From a bacterium (GTDB lineage Bacteria; Zixibacteria; MSB-5A5; GN15; FEB-12): DNA of 64,000 bases. The DNA is taken from positions 54,972 through 118,971 of the forward strand of contig JBDRNJ010000084.1 in NCBI GenBank assembly GCA_043811375.1. The letters are read 5' to 3'. The position numbers and the translations under genes were made by a program. Below are positions 27,458-37,676 of the stretch, piece after piece. The notes beneath the pieces were generated by a model, which searched no databases, had not been told where the DNA came from, and saw nothing but the letters and a program-made list of their open reading frames with translations. How positions within the stretch are numbered: position 1 is the stretch's first letter; every line of letters starts with the position of its first letter.

Positions 27458-29305
27458 ATGGCAGATAATCCTGCAGCCAAGCTTTCTGCTTATGACAAGT
27501 ACATTGACTATAAGCGGTTCGGAATTGCAGTCGCTCTCTTTGTGATTATCCTGATAGCTCCCATCCCCGGAAGCATGTTGGATGTAGCCGTGGAATATCA
27601 AATGGGTGAAACCTACGTGCTTGACTTCTACTCTCAGGAGTTGTTCGACAAGCCGTTCAAGGATGTTGAACAGTGGCAGGTGGTGGCCGTACGAGCGTTT
27701 GAGGGGTGTATGGTACAGGGAGTCTCCCGCAAGGAAACAGTGCTCAAGCGAGGCGCTGAAGAACTGCGGAAGATGGGAATCACGGGTCATAAAGAACACT
27801 ACGCAAAATACCGTACCCTCCTGGAGTCTCTGGATGAGGCCAGGGTGAGAGAATTACTTCTGCAGGGCCGCAGTCTGAGGCACGAGAGACTCACCTACAC
27901 CATGCTGTCGCCGCAGCAGCAGGAAAAAGTGGACAAGGCCGCCCGGCAGATCCGTGTTTGCATTGCGATGGTGGCGTTCGTGGTAGCCTGCTTTGTAACC
28001 GAGGCCATCCCCTTACCCGGGGTAGCTTTCTGTATCGGTCTGATCCTGGTATTTTCCGGGGTTGTTTCACGGCGCGAGGTGGCCCAGATGTTCTGGTCCG
28101 ACGCCTGCTGGTTTATCATGGGCAGCCTGATGTTCGCGGCCGCGTTCGTCAAGACCGGAGTCGACAAACGCATTTGCCTATTGATTTTCCGTTATCTGGC
28201 CAAACCCAGCGTTCGCTGGGTTACAGCCATCATGATCTTAGTGATCGCACCTTCGGCTTCGTTTATCTCAGATCATGCCCTGGCGGCGATTTTCTTACCG
28301 ATCGGGCTAATTCTGTATCACAACAGTCTCTCGAGCAAGATTCCCGAAGACAGAGAACTGGCCAAGATGATGATGATTACGATCGCCATGGCCTGCAATA
28401 TCGGGGGATTCGGCTCACCCTCCGGTGGCGCCCGCAACGTGATCATGATGACATACATGGAAGACATGTTCGGGATTACCGTAGGCTACGCCCAATGGAT
28501 TCTCTACGGGATGCCCTTCGTGCTCATTATGATGCCACTCCTCTGGATAGTAATCAACTGGCGTTTCAAGCCTAAAATACTCGACTTGCGCCCGGCCCTG
28601 GACTCACTGAAAAAAGACATCGGTCACATGGGAGGCTGGAGCCGAAAGCAGATCATCGCGGTCGCTATATTCGCGGTGATGTTGTTAGGGTGGATAACGG
28701 AGAAGAATATCCTTATGGATCTGATCGGAATCCGTCTGGGTATTGGAGTAATCGCGGTGGCCGGAGCGGTGGCTTATTTGCTGTGCGGAGTCGTTAACTG
28801 GCGTGATTACCAGGAAAAAGTGGACTGGGGTGTTGTCTGGCTCTATGCCGGAGCGATCATCTTTGGCCGGGTACTCGATCAGACCGGGAGTGCTTACTGG
28901 ATGGCTCGCTCGGTGGTGGAGGGCCTGGCGGAGGTAGGTGTCAATGCCGGTGCTGCGCTTCTTGGTACGGGCAGCCTGGTAACGGCGGTGATGACAAATC
29001 TGATGGCGGATGGCCCGGCGGCAGCAGCGGTAGGACCGATTACGCTGAACATGGCTGCGATCGCCAACCCCGGAACAACCTTGGTGCCGTTCATTGGGCT
29101 CGCCACCGCCTGTGCCTCATCATTTGCGTATCTGCTGGTAATCGGCACCCCGCCCAACGCTATAGTCTATTCGAGTGGTTATCTTGCAGCCAAGGATTTC
29201 CTGCGGGTGGGGATAATCTGCCTCGTTTTAGCTTTCGTGATTCTGTTGTTGCTCAGTATGTTTTACTGGCCACTGCTTGGTTTTAGTGGATTGCCGTCCG
29301 CATAA
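27458..29305 (+). CDS. SLC13/DASS family anion transporter with inserted soluble domain
   Basis: TEAIPL, ISDHA, SPSGGARN and IGTPPNAIVY motifs; about 130-aa hydrophilic insert after the first transmembrane helix. Confidence 0.9.
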   Translation: MADNPAAKLSAYDKYIDYKRFGIAVALFVIILIAPIPGSMLDVAVEYQMGETYVLDFYSQELFDKPFKDVEQWQVVAVRAFEGCMVQGVSRKETVLKRGAEELRKMGITGHKEHYAKYRTLLESLDEARVRELLLQGRSLRHERLTYTMLSPQQQEKVDKAARQIRVCIAMVAFVVACFVTEAIPLPGVAFCIGLILVFSGVVSRREVAQMFWSDACWFIMGSLMFAAAFVKTGVDKRICLLIFRYLAKPSVRWVTAIMILVIAPSASFISDHALAAIFLPIGLILYHNSLSSKIPEDRELAKMMMITIAMACNIGGFGSPSGGARNVIMMTYMEDMFGITVGYAQWILYGMPFVLIMMPLLWIVINWRFKPKILDLRPALDSLKKDIGHMGGWSRKQIIAVAIFAVMLLGWITEKNILMDLIGIRLGIGVIAVAGAVAYLLCGVVNWRDYQEKVDWGVVWLYAGAIIFGRVLDQTGSAYWMARSVVEGLAEVGVNAGAALLGTGSLVTAVMTNLMADGPAAAAVGPITLNMAAIANPGTTLVPFIGLATACASSFAYLLVIGTPPNAIVYSSGYLAAKDFLRVGIICLVLAFVILLLLSMFYWPLLGFSGLPSA

Positions 29306-29329
29306 TTTGGATTGGTGGAGGAGATATTG

Positions 29330-30208
29330 ATGGATCAGGAATATACCAACCTCAAATTGCTCCTGGTTGACGACGAAGAGGACTTTCGGCGAGCCACTAC
29401 AGCAGCGCTGACTCGACGGGGTTTCACTATAACCGAGACCGCCGATGGAAAAGAAGCCCTGGCGGCAATCAAACATGAGCGGCCGGATATAGTCATACTG
29501 GATCTGAAGATGCCGGGAATGAGCGGTATCGAAACGCTGCAGGAGATCAGACAGATCGATACTACGCTTCCGGTGATCATTCTTACCGGACATGGTGATC
29601 TGGGAGCGGCAATGGCAGGCATCAAGTTGGATATCGTCGACTTTTTGCAGAAACCGATCGACATGGATCAACTGGCCGGTCGCGTCCGTAATTTGTTGAA
29701 ACAGGGCGTTGGCAAATCATTGCGAGAGCAGACTATTGCCGAACTGATGGCTCCGCCATCACGATATCCTCGCCTTTACATCGATCAGCCGGTTTCCGAT
29801 GCCATCGCTACGCTCCGGGAAACGTTCTATCGCCCGACGACGGAAGGCGTCCAACCGCGACAGGTTCGTTCCGCCCTGGTGTTCGACCGATCCGAAAAGT
29901 TTTTGGGTTTCATTCGCTTCGTTGACATGTTGAAGCTTGTATTGCCGCAGTTCCTCGAAGATTCTCCGTACACGACTTTCTTCACAGGAATGTTTCTGGC
30001 CCAGATCAAACTGATCGGCAAGCGCAACATACACGACCTGATGGATGAATTGGTTTACGTAAACCTTCACGACCCCATCATGAAAGCGGTACATCTAATG
30101 GTCCATCACCGTTTGATCAACCTGCCGGTGATGGATAAAGGAGAATTGGTTGGTGTCCTGCGCGACCGTGATATCATTCTTGAGGTTGCGAAGAGTATGG
30201 AATTCTGA
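29330..30208 (+). CDS. Response regulator receiver fused to a CBS domain pair
   Basis: VDDE..LDLKMP..LQKP, then TIAELM..ALVFD..GFIRFVDML..LPVMDKGELVGVLRDRDI. Confidence 0.88.
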   Translation: MDQEYTNLKLLLVDDEEDFRRATTAALTRRGFTITETADGKEALAAIKHERPDIVILDLKMPGMSGIETLQEIRQIDTTLPVIILTGHGDLGAAMAGIKLDIVDFLQKPIDMDQLAGRVRNLLKQGVGKSLREQTIAELMAPPSRYPRLYIDQPVSDAIATLRETFYRPTTEGVQPRQVRSALVFDRSEKFLGFIRFVDMLKLVLPQFLEDSPYTTFFTGMFLAQIKLIGKRNIHDLMDELVYVNLHDPIMKAVHLMVHHRLINLPVMDKGELVGVLRDRDIILEVAKSMEF

Positions 30209-31542
30209 TGAAACTTCTCTCATTCGGTCTGACGACGATTTTGGTTGCCGGGAGACTGAGTGGTGCGGTGCTGCCGATGGAATCACGGGCATCGTCGGCC
30301 GTGCCCGGCGAACTCCCGGTCGTGGTCGATCGGGAAACGATGCCAAATGTAGTTGGCCCATTTCAAGTATTCAACGCCGATAGTAGTGCCGTCCTTCAGC
30401 TTCAATTCGTCGGGCAGTTGCGCACCGATTGGGAGAGCAAGGACCGGGAACGAGATGACGACCGCGATAACGACCTGTCTATGCAGGCTCGCAGGATCCG
30501 CCCCAGCCTGACTCTGAAATTTCCCCAACCACGTATCCTGTTTCGCCTGCACCTGAGTACAGCGCCGCGATCCCTGGAACTGATGGATCTCTACTTCAAC
30601 TATGGTTTTGGTCGTAACCGGCAGTTCCGGGTCGGGCAGTACAAGATTCCCTTCACGCGCTACCGCATTCAGTCTTTTCAGCGACTGACTTTTGTCGACT
30701 GGTCCATCGTAACGAAGTATTTCGGGGCCGAACGCCAGATGGGATTCTCAATTCACAATGGATATGAGCAGCCGCCCCGATTGGCGTATGTATTTGGCGT
30801 TTTCAGTGGTGTTAACGCCCGTGCCTCCCATACCGTCGGTTTGTCAAAGATGTATGGCGAGGAGACGGTGAATCCGTCAGACCTGGCCGACTCCGGACCT
30901 CGCGCCGAGTTTCATCCCGAATTAGTCGGGCACTTCTCGTACAATCCCGGTGGCATCCAAGTGAGGTCAGACAGTGACGAAGAGAGAGGCGGGTTGCGTT
31001 ATAGCTTAGGCATAAGCCTGGCCTGGGATCTTGACCCTGTCGATTACCGGGACCTCGCTTTTCGAGCCGCCCCGGAATTGCTGATCAAATATCGGGGTGC
31101 TTCGCTTATGAGCGCAGGCTACACCGGATTCGTGGAGATAGGCAATTCACTTCGGACACGGCAGGCTATGGCAGGACTGCTGGTACAGACATCGGTCCGT
31201 GTTACCCAACGATGCGAACTGTCATTTCGATATGCCGTCGTTGATTTCGAAAGGGCTGTTATCGACGACGCTTTTGCGAGGGCGGGGCAATTAATCAGCG
31301 AGGCCGAACAGCATCTGGTTGACTCTACCCTTACCCAACAAGAAGTGGATAATTTGAAAGAACTCTACTGCAATGCCGGCCGAATCCTGAGAGAACAGGA
31401 GGTCACCATTGGATTTAATTTCTACATTAGGGAGCACTCCCTCAAGTGGCAGGGCGATTTCGGCCGGCTCCGGTATTCGCTGAGGGAGGGTGGTACGTTG
31501 GACGATATAGTCGCACGCTCACAGTTTCAGGTAGCCTTTTGA
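30208..31542 (+). CDS. OprO/OprP-like anion-selective porin
   Basis: ARRIR, RVGQYKIPF and LTFVDWS motifs; C-terminal QFQVAF. Confidence 0.78.
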   Translation: MKLLSFGLTTILVAGRLSGAVLPMESRASSAVPGELPVVVDRETMPNVVGPFQVFNADSSAVLQLQFVGQLRTDWESKDRERDDDRDNDLSMQARRIRPSLTLKFPQPRILFRLHLSTAPRSLELMDLYFNYGFGRNRQFRVGQYKIPFTRYRIQSFQRLTFVDWSIVTKYFGAERQMGFSIHNGYEQPPRLAYVFGVFSGVNARASHTVGLSKMYGEETVNPSDLADSGPRAEFHPELVGHFSYNPGGIQVRSDSDEERGGLRYSLGISLAWDLDPVDYRDLAFRAAPELLIKYRGASLMSAGYTGFVEIGNSLRTRQAMAGLLVQTSVRVTQRCELSFRYAVVDFERAVIDDAFARAGQLISEAEQHLVDSTLTQQEVDNLKELYCNAGRILREQEVTIGFNFYIREHSLKWQGDFGRLRYSLREGGTLDDIVARSQFQVAF

Positions 31543-31598
31543 GGGTGAGCAGTGTTATGTTTGATAGATCAGGTTCGCAATATGAGGAGTAGCCAACC

Positions 31599-32729
31599 AT
31601 GTCAGAAGTGACATACCCTGATAAGGATGTTGTCGTACTGGAAAGAAAACAGTTCCCAAGCCTCCTTGATGCCCTGACTGATGGCGGGTATGAGCTACTG
31701 GGTCCGACCGTCAGAAACAACGCTGTTGTCTACGATGGGATTCGCACGGTGGATGATCTTCCTATCGGCTGGGCTGACGAGTGCGAAGCCGGCAAGTACC
31801 GTCTGGTGAGGAACAAGAAGAAGACGCTTTTTGGTTACACTACCAGTTCGCATTCCTGGAAAAGGTTCCTTCATCCACCGGTAAACACGCTTTTTGAAGC
31901 TAAGCGAGATGGCCGTGGGTTTAAGATCGTTCAGCAGGAACCGGATCAGGTCAAACGTGCACTGGTTGGGGTACGCTCCTGCGAGATAGCGGCGATAGCC
32001 ATCCATGACAAGATCTTTACCCGGGGTCCCTATATCGATCGATCATACCAGGAGCGCTGCAGCAAGCTTTTCATTGTTGCGGTCAACTGTGTACGTGCCG
32101 GCGGCACCTGTTTCTGTACGTCAATGGGAACGGGCCCGAAAGCCTCCTCGGGCTTTGATCTGAGTCTGACCGAGATGCACGCTTCAAACCGCCACTATTT
32201 CCTCATAGAAGTTGGTTCAAAGGCGGGGAAGAAACTTGTCAACAAACTTCCCGTAAAGGAGGCGAAACCATCAGAGATAGCGGCAGCTCAAAAGGAACTA
32301 GACCGCGCAGCGGCAAGCATGGGCCGCACCTTGAAAACCGAGCATGTCAGGAAATCGCTACCCGGTAAATTCGATGACCCTCATTGGGAAAAAACAGCCG
32401 AGCGATGTCTGTCATGCGGTAACTGTACCATGGTCTGCCCCACTTGTTTCTGCACCAACGTTCAGGATGTCACCGATCTTACGGGACAAGAAGCTCAAAG
32501 GCAGCGCCGCTGGGATTCCTGTTTCACCCTGGATTACTCCTATATCCACGGCGGCAGCATACGCAACAGTGTGGCCGCGAGGTACCGGCAGTGGCTGATG
32601 CACAAACTGGTGTACTGGCCGGACCAGTTCGGTATGCTGGGATGTGTCGGATGCGGTCGCTGTATAACCTGGTGCCCGGTCGGCATCGACATCACTGAAG
32701 AGACACACCAGTTACTGGGGATGGCATAG
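31599..32729 (+). CDS. Group 3b sulfhydrogenase beta subunit (AsrA-like 4Fe-4S protein)
   Basis: GVRSCE, CFCTSMG, CLSCGNCTMVCPTCFC and GCVGCGRCITWCPVGID motifs. Confidence 0.92.
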   Translation: MSEVTYPDKDVVVLERKQFPSLLDALTDGGYELLGPTVRNNAVVYDGIRTVDDLPIGWADECEAGKYRLVRNKKKTLFGYTTSSHSWKRFLHPPVNTLFEAKRDGRGFKIVQQEPDQVKRALVGVRSCEIAAIAIHDKIFTRGPYIDRSYQERCSKLFIVAVNCVRAGGTCFCTSMGTGPKASSGFDLSLTEMHASNRHYFLIEVGSKAGKKLVNKLPVKEAKPSEIAAAQKELDRAAASMGRTLKTEHVRKSLPGKFDDPHWEKTAERCLSCGNCTMVCPTCFCTNVQDVTDLTGQEAQRQRRWDSCFTLDYSYIHGGSIRNSVAARYRQWLMHKLVYWPDQFGMLGCVGCGRCITWCPVGIDITEETHQLLGMA

Positions 32730-32765
32730 AAACATGGCCCTGGCCATAGAACGAGGATTTCTATT

Positions 32766-33233
32766 ATGAAAGATTTGGAACAGACCCTCAAAGATCATCC
32801 ATTCCTGAAGGATATGGACACGGAGCATATCAAACTGCTGGTTGGTTGTGCTTCGAATGTGGTTTTCAAGGCCGGAGAGTTTGTTTTTCGGGAGGGTGAA
32901 GAGGCCAACGCGTTCTACTTCATCAGGCACGGAAAGGTTCTCATTGAGACGCATATACCCCAGAAAGGACCCATAATGATTCGCTCGCGGGAAGCAGGGG
33001 AAATACTGGGTTGGTCCTGGCTGGTGCCCCCGTACCGCTGGCATTTCGATGCCCGGGCGGTGGAACTTACCAGAGCTATTGCGCTTGACGGCAAGTGTCT
33101 TCGTGAAAAGTGCGAGCAGGATCATGACGTGGGTTACGAGATAATGAAACGCTTCGTAATGATAATTGCAGAGCGGTTGGAAGCCACCAGACTACAGTTG
33201 TTGGATGTATATGGAAACTCAGCAGACAAATAA
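32766..33233 (+). CDS. Cyclic-nucleotide-binding domain protein (no HTH)
   Basis: FREGEEANAFYFIRHG and GEILGWSWL motifs; typical insert of group 3b operons. Confidence 0.88.
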   Translation: MKDLEQTLKDHPFLKDMDTEHIKLLVGCASNVVFKAGEFVFREGEEANAFYFIRHGKVLIETHIPQKGPIMIRSREAGEILGWSWLVPPYRWHFDARAVELTRAIALDGKCLREKCEQDHDVGYEIMKRFVMIIAERLEATRLQLLDVYGNSADK

Positions 33234-34080
33234 AGGCACGGCAGTCGCAACGCCGGCTGATCCCATGCTGGTAAAACCTTTCAGGGTCAGCCGTGTGCAC
33301 CGGGAATTGCCTGACACGATTTCTCTCGAGCTTAAATCACACGATGGTGACACGAACTTCGCATTCTCGCCCGGGCAATTCAACATGTTGTACGCTTATG
33401 GCGTCGGCGAAGTCCCGATATCTATATCCGGTGATCCGGCCAAAGGCGGGACTCTCGTACATACGATTCGTATGGTCGGAGCCGTTACCAGGGCCATCGG
33501 CAAGCTCAAACCAGGTGACAGCATTGGTGTTCGCGGACCTTACGGGAACAGTTGGCCCGTAGAGGAGGCAGTAGGCAATGATGTCGTTCTGGTGACGGGA
33601 GGGATCGGCCTGGCCCCCTTGCGCCCGGTAATCTATCACTTGCTGGCCAACCGTGAAAAATACGGCCGAGTTGTTCTGTTGTACGGCGCGCGCACACCCG
33701 AGGAGATTCTTTTCCGAAAGGACCTGGAGAAATGGCGGTCACGCTTCGATCTTGATATTCACCTTACCGTCGACCGGGCTACCGGATCGTGGCGGGGTAG
33801 TGTTGGCGTGGTGACGGTGCTCATCGGAAGAGCGCCCTTCGATCCGCAGCACTGCACAACACTGGTGTGCGGGCCGGAGATCATGATGCGCTTTACCGCC
33901 CTGGAACTGGAGCGGCAGGGTGTCCGGGATGAACAGATATATATCTCTATGGAACGCAATATGAAATGCGGCGTAGGCTTGTGCGGGCATTGTCAGATCG
34001 GGTCCACCTTCGTATGCAAAGACGGCCCGGTATACAGACTTGACAAGGTTCGGAGCATCTTTACAAAACGGGAAATGTAA
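33211..34080 (+). CDS. Sulfhydrogenase gamma subunit (FAD/NAD(P)-binding, 2Fe-2S)
   Basis: [28 protein letters not shown] and [16 protein letters not shown] motifs. Confidence 0.92.
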   Translation: METQQTNKGTAVATPADPMLVKPFRVSRVHRELPDTISLELKSHDGDTNFAFSPGQFNMLYAYGVGEVPISISGDPAKGGTLVHTIRMVGAVTRAIGKLKPGDSIGVRGPYGNSWPVEEAVGNDVVLVTGGIGLAPLRPVIYHLLANREKYGRVVLLYGARTPEEILFRKDLEKWRSRFDLDIHLTVDRATGSWRGSVGVVTVLIGRAPFDPQHCTTLVCGPEIMMRFTALELERQGVRDEQIYISMERNMKCGVGLCGHCQIGSTFVCKDGPVYRLDKVRSIFTKREM

Positions 34081-34081
34081 C

Positions 34082-34861
34082 ATGACCTCCGTAAAGAAAC
34101 CAAAACTGGCTGTCTGGAAGTTCGCCTCCTGTGACGGGTGCCAGTTATCATTGCTGGACTGCGAAGATGAGCTTCTGGCCATAGCGGAAGCAATCACCAT
34201 AGCGAATTTCCCCGAAGCATCACGGGCGGTAATGAAAGGTCCGTACGATATTTCTTTGGTGGAGGGTTCCATCACGACACCGCACGATGGGGAGCGGATT
34301 CACAAGATCCGGCGTATGTCAAAACATCTGGTGACGATTGGGGCCTGTGCTACAGCCGGAGGGATTCAAGCCCTGCGCAACTTCGCGGACGTGAACGAGT
34401 TCGTTTCCATTGTATACGCCAATCCCGCATACATCAAAACGCTCAACAAGTCGACCCCCATTGCCGACCATGTGTTGGTTGACTACGAACTGCGTGGCTG
34501 CCCGATTAACAAGTACCAACTGGTGGAACTCATCAGCGCTTTTCTAAACGGCCGCAAGCCGAATATAGGTACCCACAGCGTCTGTATGGAATGCAAGATG
34601 AAGGGGAACGTCTGTGTGATGGTTGCCACCGGGACTCCCTGTCTGGGGCCGGTCACTCAAATGGGATGCGGCGCGTTATGCCCATCGTATGATCGTGGTT
34701 GTTTCGGATGCTTCGGTCCCAAGGAGACCCCGAATACCAGATCGTTAGCGGCCTGGTTCGAGCAGCGGCAGGTTCCCCTGGATGAAATTGTCCGAGCGTT
34801 CCGGGGGTTCAATGCCTTTGCAGAGCCGTTCCGAAAGGAGAGCGAAGCACATGAAAAGTAG
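34082..34861 (+). CDS. [NiFe] hydrogenase small (delta) subunit
   Basis: [20 protein letters not shown] and C-terminal CMEC..CLGPVT..GC.ALCP..CFGC motifs. Confidence 0.93.
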   Translation: MTSVKKPKLAVWKFASCDGCQLSLLDCEDELLAIAEAITIANFPEASRAVMKGPYDISLVEGSITTPHDGERIHKIRRMSKHLVTIGACATAGGIQALRNFADVNEFVSIVYANPAYIKTLNKSTPIADHVLVDYELRGCPINKYQLVELISAFLNGRKPNIGTHSVCMECKMKGNVCVMVATGTPCLGPVTQMGCGALCPSYDRGCFGCFGPKETPNTRSLAAWFEQRQVPLDEIVRAFRGFNAFAEPFRKESEAHEK

Positions 34862-36140
34862 AACCATCAAGGTTGACTACCTGGCTCGAGTGGAAGGAGA
34901 GGGTGGGCTCTCCGTCAGGATCAAAGATAATTCTGTGACGGAGGTTCGATTCAATATCTTTGAACCGCCACGGTTTTTCGAAGCCATGCTTCGTGGACGT
35001 AAATTCACTGAAGCTCCCGATATCACAGCCCGTATCTGCGGCATTTGTCCGGTGGCCTACCAAATGAGTTCGTCACAGGCGATGGAGTCAGTGTGCGGAG
35101 TCACGGTTTCGGGGGCGCTGCGGGATTTGCGTCGGCTCATCTACTGCGGTGAGTGGATAGAATCGCACGCGCTACACATCTATATGCTCCATGCGCCCGA
35201 CTTTCTGGGCTACCAGGATGCGATAAGTTTGGCTAAGGACCATCCGGATATCGTTAATCGTGCGCTGAAGCTCAAGAAAATCGGTAACGATCTAATGGTA
35301 CTCCTCGGCGGACGGGAGATACACCCGGTAAGCCCACGCGTGGGCGGTTTCTACAAAGTCCCGACAAAAGAAGACCTGGCCGGGCTGGTGGCACCTCTCC
35401 AGTGGGCGCTGGAGGCATCTCTGGAGACGGTCCGCTGGACATCAACCCTTTCATTCCCGGACTTCGAGAGGGATTATGAGTTTGTGTCCTTGAGGCACCC
35501 TAAGGAATATCCCATTACCGAGGGGAGAATAGTTTCCAACAAAGGGATCGACATTACTACCGACAAGTTCCTGGACACTTTTGAAGAGATCCACGTAAAG
35601 CATTCCACGTCGTTGCAGGCGAAGGTGAAAAACCGGGACGATTACCTGGCCGGACCCCTGGCCCGGTATTGCAACAATTTCGATCGGCTGCCGGAAATAG
35701 CCCGGGTGGCGGCCAGGGAAGCCGGTCTGTCGGAGGTTTGCAGGAATCCGTTTAAGAGCATCATCGTGCGGAGCGTAGAGACGGTGTTTGCCTGCCACGA
35801 AGCGCTGAGAATCATCGAAGCGTACGATGCTCCCGACAGACCGTACGTGGATGTGCCGCCCAGGGCAGGAGTCGGTCATGGATGCACGGAAGCTCCCCGG
35901 GGACTGCTGTATCATCGTTACGAGATCGACGACAGCGGGATTATCAGGGGTGCCAGGATCATCCCCCCCACGTCCCAGAATCAGAAAGCCATAGAAAAAG
36001 ACCTGCGTCACTTCGTTGAGAAAAACCTTGAGCTGACGGATGAAAAACTAACCTGGCAGTGTGAGCAGGTAGTACGCAACTACGATCCATGTATTTCCTG
36101 TTCATGTCACTTCCTGAAGCTCAATATCGAACGGGATTGA
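34851..36140 (+). CDS. Group 3b [NiFe] hydrogenase large (alpha) subunit
   Basis: ARVEGEG, L1 motif [17 protein letters not shown]2 motif [12 protein letters not shown] plus a cleavable tail. Confidence 0.95.
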   Translation: MKSRTIKVDYLARVEGEGGLSVRIKDNSVTEVRFNIFEPPRFFEAMLRGRKFTEAPDITARICGICPVAYQMSSSQAMESVCGVTVSGALRDLRRLIYCGEWIESHALHIYMLHAPDFLGYQDAISLAKDHPDIVNRALKLKKIGNDLMVLLGGREIHPVSPRVGGFYKVPTKEDLAGLVAPLQWALEASLETVRWTSTLSFPDFERDYEFVSLRHPKEYPITEGRIVSNKGIDITTDKFLDTFEEIHVKHSTSLQAKVKNRDDYLAGPLARYCNNFDRLPEIARVAAREAGLSEVCRNPFKSIIVRSVETVFACHEALRIIEAYDAPDRPYVDVPPRAGVGHGCTEAPRGLLYHRYEIDDSGIIRGARIIPPTSQNQKAIEKDLRHFVEKNLELTDEKLTWQCEQVVRNYDPCISCSCHFLKLNIERD

Positions 36141-36153
36141 GAAGAGTTATCCA

Positions 36154-36627
36154 ATGGACAAGAATCCAATTACGGTGGTCGGAATCGGTAATGCCTACCG
36201 GTCGGATGATGGAGTCGGACTGTATATTGCCGAGCGGATTCGCAGCCTGGCGCTCAATGGAGTGAAAGCAGTCGTAGGGATCGGCGATGGTTTTGCGCTT
36301 GTCGACATCTGGTCCGACTCAACTATGGTCTTTGTAATTGATTGCGCATCTTCCGGAGCGCTATCGGGCACAACATATCGTTTCGATGCTCTGCATGAGA
36401 AGATACCGAGCAATCTGTTTTCAGGCCTGTCGACTCACTCCATTGCCGTCAACGATGCGGTAGAGTTAGCCCGGGTGCTGAACCGGCTGCCTGGTGGACT
36501 TGTCGTGTATGGCATTGAAGGCAGTGACTTCTCACCCGGTAACGATCTGACTCCGGCGGTTCGGGAAAGCGCTCACAAGGTTGTTGATTCTATATATAAA
36601 GAGATTGAGGTCCTGACACACATATAA
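36154..36627 (+). CDS. Hydrogenase maturation protease
   Basis: GIGNAYRSDDGVG, VIDC and STH motifs. Confidence 0.92.
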   Translation: MDKNPITVVGIGNAYRSDDGVGLYIAERIRSLALNGVKAVVGIGDGFALVDIWSDSTMVFVIDCASSGALSGTTYRFDALHEKIPSNLFSGLSTHSIAVNDAVELARVLNRLPGGLVVYGIEGSDFSPGNDLTPAVRESAHKVVDSIYKEIEVLTHI

Positions 36628-36644
36628 TGAGACAGGTTATACCA

Positions 36645-36908
36645 ATGCATGAGTTCTCACTTCTTAAAGATCTGCTGGGTAAAATCAAAACCGTAGCTAA
36701 AGAGAACGGCTCGGACAAAGTGATCGGTGTCAAAGTGAAGTTGGGTGCGTTGGCTCACATATCGCCCGCTCACTTACGCGAACACTTCGATCGCGCCGTT
36801 ATCGGCACCGTGGCGGAGGGGGCCAGGCTTGACGTTGAGACACTTCAGGATGAGCGTGACCCACATGCCCAGGAGATAATTCTGGATAGCGTGGAAGTGG
36901 CGGAATGA
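36645..36908 (+). CDS. hypA: HypA nickel chaperone, short form without zinc finger
   Basis: MHEFSL N-terminus, VKLG.L and TVAEGARL motifs; no CxxC pairs. Confidence 0.82.
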   Translation: MHEFSLLKDLLGKIKTVAKENGSDKVIGVKVKLGALAHISPAHLREHFDRAVIGTVAEGARLDVETLQDERDPHAQEIILDSVEVAE

Positions 36909-37007
36909 ATAACATAAACGGAGTCATTTTCCTGATGTATCGTCAGCTTGTATCAAGCAAACCCGGCCAGTAAGGTAATCTGACTTGTCACATAAGAGGC
37001 GGCAGAT

Positions 37008-37658
37008 ATGAGTGTTTTCGAGTATAGAGAGAAGAAATACACGGTGGGTTTCGAGGGCTTCCTGGTGAAGTTTGACGACTGGGATGAGAACTTTGCCGAA
37101 GGAATGGCGCTCGATGTAAACATCCATGATGGTTTGACCGAAGATCACTGGAGGGTCATAGGCTTCATTCGGGATGCCTTCAAGAACGAGGGCAAATGCC
37201 CTCTGGTTTATGAGACTTGTAGATCGAACAGTCTTCATTTAGCCGGACTCAAGGCTCTTTTCCCAAAGGGTTATCATCGAGGGGCCTGTAAGCTTGCGGG
37301 AATCACATATGAGCAAAGTTATTTGCCGCAATCACTAATAGACGAGTCCATGGCGCTTACTCCTGCAGTGGAAGGAAAGATCTATCGGATAGATGCTCAA
37401 GGTTTTCTTGTAGATCCCCAGGAGTGGGATGGGCAGTTTACCTTATGCAAAGCGTACGAGATGAAAATGGACAAATTGACCAAGAACCACTGGCGGATAA
37501 TCAATTTCGTTCGCAATTGGTACAAGAGAACCGGAATTGTTCCCACTGTCTATGAGACTTGCGAGGCCAATGATCTTGATATCGAGAATCTTGAAAGTCT
37601 GTTCCCGGACGGCTATCATCGTGGAGTAATCAAGATTGCCGGCTTGCGGGTTAAGTAA
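37008..37658 (+). CDS. Tandem DsrC/TusE-like domain protein lacking the C-terminal cysteine arm
   Basis: Two repeats of GFLV..W....LT..HWR.I.F.R..P.VYETC....L..LFP.GYHRG..K.AG. Confidence 0.85.
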   Translation: MSVFEYREKKYTVGFEGFLVKFDDWDENFAEGMALDVNIHDGLTEDHWRVIGFIRDAFKNEGKCPLVYETCRSNSLHLAGLKALFPKGYHRGACKLAGITYEQSYLPQSLIDESMALTPAVEGKIYRIDAQGFLVDPQEWDGQFTLCKAYEMKMDKLTKNHWRIINFVRNWYKRTGIVPTVYETCEANDLDIENLESLFPDGYHRGVIKIAGLRVK

Positions 37659-37676
37659 GAGTTGTCGTAGGTTTCT

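Noticed and set aside
32766..33233. The cNMP-binding protein as the regulator binding the TGTGA-N6-TCACA array
   Set aside because: It is 155 aa with no HTH, and such genes are a known component of group 3b hydrogenase operons.
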